Both the position numbers and the translations under genes were made by a program. The notes beneath the pieces are model-generated. The model worked only from the letters and a program-made list of their open reading frames with translations. It did not search any database and was not told the origin of the DNA. DNA of 42,572 nt from a virus, in the IMG/VR virus record IMGVR_UViG_3300032132_000001, positions 1 through 42,572 of that record; one strand, written 5' to 3'. Below, in pieces: positions 26,666-34,938 of the stretch. Positions within the stretch are counted from its first letter, which is position 1; every line of letters begins with the position of its first letter.

Positions 26666-27654
26666 TTGCTTGCTGCTTCCTGTTCTTCCATCTTCCTGTT
26701 ATGAGTTTCCATCGCTTTTAGGCCGTCTTCGGTGGGTACGACCTCGCCGCTGAAGTTATCCACCATCCAGTCAATCATCCGATGGAAAAGCTCTTCCCCG
26801 CCTTCCCCGATAGGCAACTTCACAGTCGCCTTCACCATATTCCTTCTCGGCTTCACCATCCGGCGGTTCGTTTCCTCTTTGCCCCAAACGGTGAATAGAA
26901 GTTTAGACTGCCTGGTGATGCGGATGTGGTCCTTCCCGCTCTGGGCGATTTGGAACGTTCTTTCTGGGGTGCCGTATCTAGAGATCTGCTCAGAGATTTT
27001 CACCAGAGACTCTGCTCTCTCATCGAAGCCTAGCTCTTTCTTCTGGTCATCCACCTTTAACGTTACGCCCGCTCTACGCTGTTCTATCCACCACTTCTTG
27101 AAATCCTTGCGGATCTGGACAACAGCCTGCACTACCTTGGCCTTCTTGGGTGCGATCTTCTGTTCACCGGAAATCTGCTTGAAATCCTTCTTATGCCATT
27201 CTTTGCGCCAGAAGTCAATCGTATCTTCCAGAGTCCAGTCGTCGTCTACAGCATGATGGAGGCTGAGATCCCATTCAAGGGTGTTGTGGCCCTTCCAGTG
27301 TCGGCTGATTTCGAAGCACAGACCTCTACCTACATCGATGAATCCGTAGATTTCCTTGGACTGCATCTTCTTGTGCCAGGTTTCCTCTAACACCTGCGAT
27401 AGATTCTTCCCTGTCTTGGAATGGATGTGGTGAGCGTTACGCTCTAGGAACTTCGGCCTAGCAGACATCAAACCCATAAAGAATTGCGGGTCGAAGGTGA
27501 GTCGCTTCCACACGCCAGGATTCCTGGCGAAGAACATGAAGTGGTCTGCTAGCGCAATGGGGTCGAACTCAGGGTCGGCGATGACTTCATCTAGGTCACC
27601 GCTATCTGCGGCTTTCTCTCGCCTTTTGTCTATATCAGGATCGATTTGGGACAT
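26662..27654 (-). CDS. Hypothetical protein with ADPxFDP motif near N-terminus
   Basis: EVIADPEFDPIAL; 330 aa. Confidence 0.75.
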   Translation of the reverse strand: MSQIDPDIDKRREKAADSGDLDEVIADPEFDPIALADHFMFFARNPGVWKRLTFDPQFFMGLMSARPKFLERNAHHIHSKTGKNLSQVLEETWHKKMQSKEIYGFIDVGRGLCFEISRHWKGHNTLEWDLSLHHAVDDDWTLEDTIDFWRKEWHKKDFKQISGEQKIAPKKAKVVQAVVQIRKDFKKWWIEQRRAGVTLKVDDQKKELGFDERAESLVKISEQISRYGTPERTFQIAQSGKDHIRITRQSKLLFTVWGKEETNRRMVKPRRNMVKATVKLPIGEGGEELFHRMIDWMVDNFSGEVVPTEDGLKAMETHNRKMEEQEAASK

Positions 27655-27979
27655 TTCTTTCCAGTATCCATTCGGAGAGGACAGCTGCGAGGAGCTGGTT
27701 TACCTCTTCGAGATGTTTCAATTGTTTTCTATAGGTCCGCTGATTGGTCTCACCTTGGCTCCAGCCAGAGACGTAGAAGCGATCATTAGACCACCAGAAC
27801 TTGCCCGCCATCCCGTACCGCCCACCGAATCGGAACTCCCTGGGGGCGCCATGGTAGTCTTGGCAGAAAGCATGGGTGAACTGATCCTGATCGACCTGAC
27901 GAGGGGAGGCATCGCAGTGGTCAATCAAGATATCGTAGATCTTGCGGGCGACGTGCTCGGGGAGGTGCCGCTTTTCCAT
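27635..27979 (-). CDS. Hypothetical protein
   Basis: EFRFGG..G.AGKFW motif; TAATG junction. Confidence 0.7.
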   Translation of the reverse strand: MEKRHLPEHVARKIYDILIDHCDASPRQVDQDQFTHAFCQDYHGAPREFRFGGRYGMAGKFWWSNDRFYVSGWSQGETNQRTYRKQLKHLEEVNQLLAAVLSEWILERNVPNRS

Positions 27980-28272
27980 TATCGGAGCTTCTTGAGTGCC
28001 CGGCCGATTGCGATGGTGCGACCCAGCCGCTTGCAGAAGTTGTCCTTCTTGGAGCAGGCAGCGACCCCAACGGCCAGCGGCTCTTCTCCATCGACTCTAG
28101 ACTTGATTGATGGATAGATCTTGGCGACCGTCAGCTTGGAGCTGCGTTCCACCATTCGCCTGGAGACTAGCCCCTCAGTCGCGGCACGATCACGCTTGGC
28201 GTCATCTTCCATGTCCACGTAGAAAATGTGAGCCCAACGAGACTCACTACCATCTTGTGTCAGTTCGATCAT
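27979..28272 (-). CDS. Small phage protein with C-terminal AxCxxxDxF...GRxIAxxRA motif
   Basis: GVAACSKKDNFCKRLGRTIAIGRAL, a motif I recognise from phage hypotheticals. Confidence 0.7.
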   Translation of the reverse strand: MIELTQDGSESRWAHIFYVDMEDDAKRDRAATEGLVSRRMVERSSKLTVAKIYPSIKSRVDGEEPLAVGVAACSKKDNFCKRLGRTIAIGRALKKLR

Positions 28273-28405
28273 CGAAGAAACCTCTTTCTGGTGTAGCTTT
28301 CTTTTTCTCTTTCCAGGGATAAACTGTCACACCCTGGACTTGTACGTCGTACCCCTTGCACCCGCAAAGGAGCAAGAGGATGAGGAGAGCTGCCTTCTTT
28401 AGCAC
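28247..28405 (-). CDS. Small predicted lipoprotein (52 aa)
   Basis: Manual translation MLKKAALLILLLLCG|CKGYDVQVQGVTVYPWK..., with a lipobox-like LCGC. Below the ORF-track size cutoff. Confidence 0.55.
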   Translation of the reverse strand: MLKKAALLILLLLCGCKGYDVQVQGVTVYPWKEKKKATPERGFFDDRTDTRW

Positions 28406-28692
28406 AGGTATCCGCCAACGTTGTATGCGAAGATCTCAACTACGTTGAGGATGGGGTCCTTGTAGTCCTCGCACATCACCCCATCGCTCGCATCCCAACC
28501 CAGGCAGTCCACGAAACAGATCTTGGGGTGGCGTACGTGACTGCCCAACCTGGACTTGTAATCCTCGTACAGCTCTTGGACGTCTTTCTCGTTGATCGGG
28601 ATGAGGGTCCAGACCACCGGGATTTCAGTATCCCCGTTGTGGGGATTCTTCTCTTGTGAGAGCTTGATTAGGTAGTCGTCGTCTAGTTTCAT
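28399..28692 (-). CDS. Hypothetical protein
   Basis: ATGA junction at 28689-28692. Confidence 0.65.
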   Translation of the reverse strand: MKLDDDYLIKLSQEKNPHNGDTEIPVVWTLIPINEKDVQELYEDYKSRLGSHVRHPKICFVDCLGWDASDGVMCEDYKDPILNVVEIFAYNVGGYLC

Positions 28693-28925
28693 ATCCACAC
28701 CATATCGCTGGTAAAAGTAGCCCACTCGATCTTACCGTGCGGGTCGATACCCTCGATGCAGAGCTGACCACTTGCTAGTTCCCAGCGGACTCCACTATTA
28801 GTCTGGCCGAAAGTCCAGTCACCTGCCGATTTCGGCTCACGAGCGGATCCATCGCAGATCCAGAAAGCGCCATCGTCGGCACCACACTCGATCTTGGCTT
28901 CGTTTAGGGCTTCTGCGAAAGTCAT
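28689..28925 (-). CDS. Hypothetical protein
   Basis: ATGA junctions on both sides. Confidence 0.6.
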   Translation of the reverse strand: MTFAEALNEAKIECGADDGAFWICDGSAREPKSAGDWTFGQTNSGVRWELASGQLCIEGIDPHGKIEWATFTSDMVWI

Positions 28926-29311
28926 TCTGCCCATCCATCTACGGTAAGAATCGGACCGGCGGTGAGCCTTGGGTGATATCCACCGCGATCAGCTCCGTCT
29001 GGGTCCGCTTCCAAATGGCCGATGTCGTCGGGGTCGATACCCATCCAGCGAAATTGCTGCTCTCCGAGGTCCACTTTGGTCAGGATGGTTCCACCGAACC
29101 ACAAATTAGCCTGGAGCCCGACGATCCTTCCTTTTTCGATAGTCGGCACGATGCCCAGGCGGTTGAGTTTGCCGGCCATCGTATCTTCTGCAGGCTGCCA
29201 TAGTTCAGTAACACTCAGAGACTTGACAGGGAAAGCCTTATCGATCGCGTCCTCTAGATTAGAGGGCCTAAGGTGGTGCTCATTTTCAATCCGCACTTGG
29301 AATCGTTGCAT
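28922..29311 (-). CDS. Hypothetical protein
   Basis: Starts 1 nt after the PARP stop. Confidence 0.65.
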   Translation of the reverse strand: MQRFQVRIENEHHLRPSNLEDAIDKAFPVKSLSVTELWQPAEDTMAGKLNRLGIVPTIEKGRIVGLQANLWFGGTILTKVDLGEQQFRWMGIDPDDIGHLEADPDGADRGGYHPRLTAGPILTVDGWAE

Positions 29312-29312
29312 C

Positions 29313-30605
29313 TTAGTTCCCGAACTGGATCAGGTACATCGGGTTGATCTGCCCCGTCCTGTACACGATCATCTCATTGTTCATGACACCGCTCTTATTC
29401 GCCTTCGCGAACGTTGAGTCGTACCCCGCTTTGGGGAGGCGCTCGCTGTAGCTCTTCGGGACGTAGTGCTTGCCCATGGCGACCTCGTTGAGGAACATAA
29501 AGCAGCTGCTATCTTTTGCTCCACCCCAATAGCCGTAGGCATAGTTCAGCGACTTGGTGGACTGGTCGCTGAAGTAGACGCCGTTGCCAAACATCCGGCC
29601 CGTGCAGTGGGCAGCGTTGCTGGGTGGGATGTAGAACCCGCTCTTGAGGATGGAGAGGAGGTTGGCCGCTCGGGTTCCGTGCCAGAGCCGCATGATCTTG
29701 CCAACCTTACGACCGTCAGCCTCGAAAGCTTCAGCCATTGCAGTGATGCTCACCGCGTAGACCTTCTTGATCTTGAGGTGGGCGCAGGCATGGCGTCCTT
29801 GGAGCGTGGACTTGTACAGCTTCTCCAGTGGTCCAACCACCTTCTTGTCTGCGACGAGATGGAGCGAGACGTCGAACACCTTCGGAGCCGACCTCTTGGC
29901 CTTCTTGTCTTGCTTCTTACGCGCATCAGCTACCTGGTCCAGAGCCGTAGCAAGGGAGTCCAGGAGGTCGTTCTGCTGACGCATATGCTCCAGCGTGCCC
30001 ATGTCACGCCGTGGGCTGAACTTCTTCATCCCGATATCGGTTGGGATGATGCGCATGTAGTCGCCGCACAGGGTCAGGTACGGCTTACTGGTGATAGTAT
30101 CCTTGGCGACGTAGCCCGAAATCTTGCCAAGCAAAACTCGCGCCTCATCCAGCCCGTCTTGGGTGATGACACCCAGCGGGGTGGAGAACACACCAGTTAC
30201 CGCATCGTACGTGATGTTGGCGTTGCTGGTGATATTGTGGATGTTGACTTTGGACAGGTATCGGACCAGATCATTCGTCTCCTTGCAGGACGTATCGATC
30301 TGATCTACTGCCAGCTGGGTGAGATTACCGACTGGCTTCGCTCCCGCCTTGTCTCCACCCTTCGTACCCGACACCGTTCGTTGGTGAGTGTACCCTTTCT
30401 TCAGCTTGGACTTGAGGAGCTTGTCCAGCTTCCCCTCACCGGCACCAGAGTGAGTCTTGCTTTGGCCGTTGGCTCCAACACGACCCCACTCTACATAGAG
30501 ATCATCGTTCTCGTAGAGTGTTCCATGCCAGAATTTGTTGGAGTTCTTCTCGATGTTATCGACGTAGATTAGTCTCTCTTCACGCAGTACTTTGCTCATT
30601 GTCAC
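29313..30605 (-). CDS. Poly(ADP-ribose) polymerase-like protein: WGR + regulatory helical + PARP catalytic domains
   Basis: SNKFW...EWGRVG (WGR); TPLGVI...YMRIIP (helical regulatory domain); LWHGT, GRMFGNGVYFS, KSLNY, NNEMIVY (H-Y-E triad). Confidence 0.92.
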   Translation of the reverse strand: MTMSKVLREERLIYVDNIEKNSNKFWHGTLYENDDLYVEWGRVGANGQSKTHSGAGEGKLDKLLKSKLKKGYTHQRTVSGTKGGDKAGAKPVGNLTQLAVDQIDTSCKETNDLVRYLSKVNIHNITSNANITYDAVTGVFSTPLGVITQDGLDEARVLLGKISGYVAKDTITSKPYLTLCGDYMRIIPTDIGMKKFSPRRDMGTLEHMRQQNDLLDSLATALDQVADARKKQDKKAKRSAPKVFDVSLHLVADKKVVGPLEKLYKSTLQGRHACAHLKIKKVYAVSITAMAEAFEADGRKVGKIMRLWHGTRAANLLSILKSGFYIPPSNAAHCTGRMFGNGVYFSDQSTKSLNYAYGYWGGAKDSSCFMFLNEVAMGKHYVPKSYSERLPKAGYDSTFAKANKSGVMNNEMIVYRTGQINPMYLIQFGN

Positions 30606-30684
30606 CAGTTCCCTTATGCGGTTATTTCGCGACGGGCGTGGAGCCCGGTTTTTGAATACGAGCCAGCTGCAATTATTAGCAGAA

Positions 30685-30769
30685 TGGTGAGGGTGGGGGG
30701 ACTCGAACCCCCAATCCTTTCGGCAAGGGATTTTAAATCCCCCGTGTATACCAATTCCACCACACCCCC
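30685..30769 (-). tRNA. tRNA-Leu(UAA)
   Basis: Acceptor GGGGGTG/CACCCTC, anticodon arm GGGGA-TTTAAAA-TCCCT, long variable arm, GTTCGAGTC, encoded CCA. Confidence 0.93.
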
Positions 30770-30779
30770 AGATTATAGA

Positions 30780-31076
30780 TCAGGGGTGTAATCGTGTGAT
30801 GAATTCTTCTATTAGAATTCGCACTTTCTGGCGAAGGATAGGGAGATCATTAGAATCCTTCGGGATGAAATCTAGGCGTTCTTCGTGGATTTCTCGTCCA
30901 GGGTCTCCAGTGTCGTGGCCCCAGACCACCACGACTGGAACACCATCTTTGTATTCCACTCGTACGTTGATGTCTTCCATCGAAATGATTTTTGCAGCTT
31001 CGATTAGCGCAACCTCTCCCATGGAGATGCCTTCTCCAACTTGGAAGATCTTGGCGGTCCACATTTCTTGTTTCAT
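30780..31076 (-). CDS. Hypothetical protein
   Basis: ATGA junction. Confidence 0.6.
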   Translation of the reverse strand: MKQEMWTAKIFQVGEGISMGEVALIEAAKIISMEDINVRVEYKDGVPVVVVWGHDTGDPGREIHEERLDFIPKDSNDLPILRQKVRILIEEFITRLHP

Positions 31077-31450
31077 CGACGGGCTCGGGATTTGCCAGCC
31101 CTTATTGGCGGCTTGGTTGTATGGCGATCCCACTTTCCCTTCTTGATCGCCTTCTCGATTTTCTGGGAGAGTTTAGGGTCCTCTAGGCCAATTTGAATGC
31201 CAGGTCTAGTGGTGACGAAGATCTCTTTCCTTCCAATCACCCAAATGATCTTGCATTCTTTCCAGGTCGGCTTCCCACTGATCTTCACACTTTCATCTTT
31301 CTGGATTATGCAACACACCCACGTGTCGCCATGATTATCCAGTTTGGCGTTAGTATATGCGATCTCCAGTCCCTTCTTGTCCTCCAGAGTTTGGATGACA
31401 TCACTAGTAAGGGTCTTGAAGACGTAGTTGTTGAATTTCTGTTCGCTCAT
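31073..31450 (-). CDS. Hypothetical protein
   Basis: TAATG junction. Confidence 0.65.
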   Translation of the reverse strand: MSEQKFNNYVFKTLTSDVIQTLEDKKGLEIAYTNAKLDNHGDTWVCCIIQKDESVKISGKPTWKECKIIWVIGRKEIFVTTRPGIQIGLEDPKLSQKIEKAIKKGKWDRHTTKPPIRAGKSRARR

Positions 31451-32352
31451 TAGTCCAGGGATAGGGAGTTTAGCTTATCGCGCACTTCTCGCAGCGTACT
31501 TGCTAAAATACCCTCGTCGTACACGCACTTTTCTAGGGAGCCGAAATGTGTCTCCAGGCACTGCATTAACAGTGCCTTGATCTTTGACTCATCCGGTTTA
31601 TGTGCCAGAGCGCTTTTGTAGTACAGCTCCTCCAGCAGCGGCTCCTTGTGTGCGAAGTAGTCGTAGATTCGCTGCTCTTTCCACTCACCACGCCTGATCT
31701 CTTTGAGCGTTTCCCGACTGCGCTCAAGGTCTAGGTCGTAGCCTTCTAGGATTTGCTCAACCTCGTCCATCAGACGTACGATGTGGTAGGCGAACTTGAC
31801 GTCGTAGCCGAATTTCTCCACCAAGTCCTTGCGCTTCCCTTCTTTCGGGGTCTTGATGCGCATCTTGTGCATCTGGCTCTTAGCGTAGCCACGGAACTTG
31901 TGCCAGCAACCCTTGTGCAGGAAGAGGCGTCGGTTGTCCCGAAGAAGCTGTCCGATCTGCGTCATGTGCCGAATGCAGCGCTCGGGGACGAAAAGCGCGT
32001 CCACCATGTTCGGGTTGTTCTCCATGCAGAGCTGGAAGAACTTGATGATGCTGTAGACCGTGAGGTCGTACTCGCAACCCTTCCCACCTGCCGCCTGTGG
32101 GTCGTTGATGTGGTGCTGCTGGTATTGTTCGAATCGCTGCTTCTGGCGACCGAATCCCTGGATCTCACCACGAAGATGAGGGAATACCTCAGTCTTCTCT
32201 GGGATACAGAACCCGTACATGTCCACATCCGAGTTATCGGAAGAGACTCCATATGCCACCGACCCCATCTGACACAGATAGTGGACGTTGGTGGGGAGCC
32301 ACTTAGGTGGCGTGATCAGCTTCTTTTGCGCCAGATCTTGTACTAGGTTCAT
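31450..32352 (-). CDS. Pol-beta-superfamily nucleotidyltransferase, RlaP/YcgL type
   Basis: GSVAYG..SDNSDVDMYG, KFFQL...NPN, KFAYHIVRL, L.EIRRGE. Confidence 0.85.
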   Translation of the reverse strand: MNLVQDLAQKKLITPPKWLPTNVHYLCQMGSVAYGVSSDNSDVDMYGFCIPEKTEVFPHLRGEIQGFGRQKQRFEQYQQHHINDPQAAGGKGCEYDLTVYSIIKFFQLCMENNPNMVDALFVPERCIRHMTQIGQLLRDNRRLFLHKGCWHKFRGYAKSQMHKMRIKTPKEGKRKDLVEKFGYDVKFAYHIVRLMDEVEQILEGYDLDLERSRETLKEIRRGEWKEQRIYDYFAHKEPLLEELYYKSALAHKPDESKIKALLMQCLETHFGSLEKCVYDEGILASTLREVRDKLNSLSLD

Positions 32353-32674
32353 CGTCTTGCCTTAGATGCTCAATAGGAATACCACATGGGGTGCAATCTG
32401 GACAAGGACCGTTTCCTTCCCAATGTCCTATGCGTCCACCGCCAGCAGATTGTGAGATACGAACAGAGCGAGTTCCCCCACACGTGTCACAATCACTCGG
32501 ACCCGGATCTCTTCTCTTCTCTTTCAACTCCTCCCCACACCAGGGGCAGAATCGGAAGGGTGTACCATCATACTGCCACTTGAATCCGCTGCGAGCGGAT
32601 TGTAATTGGATGGGAGCATTGAGCTTAGGAAGGGTCTCCTTCCAATCACTACAAGTACAATCTACTTCAGCCAT
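32303..32674 (-). CDS. Cys-rich zinc-binding protein
   Basis: CTC, FRFCPWCG, CDTCGG, CPDC; GGGAGG RBS directly after 13-mer copy 4. Confidence 0.65.
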   Translation of the reverse strand: MAEVDCTCSDWKETLPKLNAPIQLQSARSGFKWQYDGTPFRFCPWCGEELKEKRRDPGPSDCDTCGGTRSVRISQSAGGGRIGHWEGNGPCPDCTPCGIPIEHLRQDDEPSTRSGAKEADHAT

Positions 32675-32684
32675 CTTACCCTCC

Positions 32685-32697
32685 CAACGTGCCACGG
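32685..32697 (-). promoter_or_regulatory. Conserved 13-mer, copy 4
   Basis: Lies between a TAG (32702) and the RBS of the next gene. Confidence 0.8.
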
Positions 32698-32701
32698 CAC
32701 G

Positions 32702-33205
32702 CTAAAGTTCGGTCCCAACCGCTTTTCTCAGTTCTTCGTAGTTCCTGCAGAGTTTAGGGTCGAGTTGCTTCAACCCCTGCGCAGTCCGACGTACTCCGGC
32801 TTTTTCCTTGTTCTTCGGTCGGCCCCCTTTATAGTACGGCTTCCAGGGGCCAGAGATGAAGTCGTCGCTTTTCATGTCCAACATGTAGTGTCTTGACATG
32901 ACTTGGTTTGGATCCCAGCCGGCGATGTCTCCACCGATGAAGATCTCCAGCTTGAGATACGCGAAGATTCTATCCACCTCGGGATCGGCAACAATCTCGG
33001 CGGTCATCAGTGGGAAGATCTCCATCTGACATTGGACCAGGCTGTCGTCTACCCACCGGTTTGGTGCGACCGACTTTCCTTTGTATCCACAGCCTTTGTG
33101 CCTGCACTGTATGTCCTGGGGCTCCAGCTTATAGTGAAATCCCCGGAGGGTTGCATCTAGGATTAGGGAGTAGGTACTTGCTGTGAGGAGCTTTTTGTCT
33201 GGCAT
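32702..33205 (-). CDS. Hypothetical protein, CxHxxCGY paralogue family
   Basis: CRHKGCGY...FPLMTAEIVADPEVDRIF...YMLDM. Confidence 0.7.
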   Translation of the reverse strand: MPDKKLLTASTYSLILDATLRGFHYKLEPQDIQCRHKGCGYKGKSVAPNRWVDDSLVQCQMEIFPLMTAEIVADPEVDRIFAYLKLEIFIGGDIAGWDPNQVMSRHYMLDMKSDDFISGPWKPYYKGGRPKNKEKAGVRRTAQGLKQLDPKLCRNYEELRKAVGTEL

Positions 33206-33211
33206 AGGCTA

Positions 33212-34084
33212 TCACATCCAGTTGTGTTCAGGGGTCATCTCCGTCAGGTCAGCTTCGAAGAACTCTAGATCCTCGACGTTCCCGTCGATTGACTTGGGGT
33301 CAGACATCTCGATACCCCATAGGTCTAGAAAGTCCATCTTGTTGTACTTGACCAGGGTGGGTGCGTCGATGACCAGCTTGCCAGGGTATTTGTGATGGGT
33401 GTGGAACCAGGTCCTATTGATCGGTTCTCCCACTGGGCGTCCGTTCTGACCATAGTATACATCACCATAGGCGATAGCAACCACGGCTCCAGCATTATTG
33501 CCCAACTTGACCAAGTTGTCTCGCAGATACTGCATATAGTTGCCGTCTTCTGCGATCATGATGATCGAGTTTCCGACGATATCAACCACCTGGTATCCTT
33601 TCTGGTTCAGTTTGGGACCCTTAGCCAATTGGTGGAGATCTTCCAACCGTACCATGACAGTGTTGTCTACTTTCAGCTTGTTAGGGAACAAGCCAGGGAA
33701 GTTGATAGTCACCACATAGCATTGGATCGCAGGCTGAACGTTGGCCTCATCTGCCATCCTGTTCTTAGCCCGATCGATACCCTCTGCCACTTTGTCATAG
33801 CCGATTTCATGTAGGATATCCGCTGGCCCACCAGGCCAGACAAATCCACCCTTCCATGGGTAGGTGGGGAAACGTGTCAGCCCCCAACCCCAACTGGAAG
33901 AACAAGAAGCCGTGAAAGACCTCTCGAAGATGACGTACGGTTGGGACCAGTGTTCTCCATCGGGGATGAGAGCAATGATCTTACTCTCATCCCCGAAAAT
34001 CGACTTATTTTCGAAGTCAGAGTGCGGATGCCCCAGAGAACCTTCTAGAATCTCACCCGCAGTCTCGAAGTTGAATTCACCCAT
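33212..34084 (-). CDS. Hypothetical protein
   Basis: TAATG junction at 34084. Confidence 0.7.
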   Translation of the reverse strand: MGEFNFETAGEILEGSLGHPHSDFENKSIFGDESKIIALIPDGEHWSQPYVIFERSFTASCSSSWGWGLTRFPTYPWKGGFVWPGGPADILHEIGYDKVAEGIDRAKNRMADEANVQPAIQCYVVTINFPGLFPNKLKVDNTVMVRLEDLHQLAKGPKLNQKGYQVVDIVGNSIIMIAEDGNYMQYLRDNLVKLGNNAGAVVAIAYGDVYYGQNGRPVGEPINRTWFHTHHKYPGKLVIDAPTLVKYNKMDFLDLWGIEMSDPKSIDGNVEDLEFFEADLTEMTPEHNWM

Positions 34085-34938
34085 TACACGTAGTATTCCT
34101 CTGGTAGGGGATCGCCAGTCCTCAGTTCCTGCCACCCCTTGAAGTGAGTGTCACGCCAGATGATGAGCTTGTCGCTCTTCCACGCCTTCGCCCATTGAGC
34201 ACGGTACTTGCGCTTCCAAGCGCGGTAGAGAGGAACGTCCACATAGTGGTCTACGATCTTGTCCCCGAAAGCGTGGGTCTTCAGCGTGTTGATCACGTTC
34301 TGACGCACACCTTGATACAAGCAGGTCAGACCAACACATACCTCGTCCACGCCGACCGCAATTAGATCACGGGCTAGCGTTTCTACCGCCCGATCCGACA
34401 AGAGAGGGATGGAGGGGGAGACGTTGGCGACCACGAACACGCCCATCTCCTTGAGACGCCAGATAGCCTGGAGTCTCTCACCGTTCGTCACCTTCATCCG
34501 CTCGACGTGCTGACGGTCCTCTTCCAGGTACGGAGAGATCGTGAAGTGCACCCGACCACGAGGGAGGAGAGCAATGAGGTCCGTGTCTTCCACGACGCTC
34601 GGGGAGCGGGTGAAGATCCCGACCTTGGTGATCTCGTCCTTCTTGGCGAGAGATTGCAAGATCGTACGGGTGATGCGAGCCTTGCGCTCGACAGGCTGGT
34701 ATGGGTCACAGTCAGTGCCGATGGCAATCTTACCGGCAATGTCTGCGGAGAGGATTCGGTCAGCGACGTTTTCCCTCTCGTGGACGAACGTACCCCAATC
34801 CATTGGTGCGATGCTGCGCACGTAGCAGTACGAGCAGCCGTAGGTACAGCCGACGTACGGATTACAGCTGTGGTCGTATGCGGTGAATCCCGTCTCCCGG
34901 AAGAGAGCAGCGTGGTTTACAACCGATTTGATTTCCAT
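34084..34938 (-). CDS. Radical SAM protein, SplB-like superfamily
   Basis: NPYVGCTYGCSYCY, IGTDCDPYQPVE, IFTRSP..D, ERL. Confidence 0.88.
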   Translation of the reverse strand: MEIKSVVNHAALFRETGFTAYDHSCNPYVGCTYGCSYCYVRSIAPMDWGTFVHERENVADRILSADIAGKIAIGTDCDPYQPVERKARITRTILQSLAKKDEITKVGIFTRSPSVVEDTDLIALLPRGRVHFTISPYLEEDRQHVERMKVTNGERLQAIWRLKEMGVFVVANVSPSIPLLSDRAVETLARDLIAVGVDEVCVGLTCLYQGVRQNVINTLKTHAFGDKIVDHYVDVPLYRAWKRKYRAQWAKAWKSDKLIIWRDTHFKGWQELRTGDPLPEEYYV

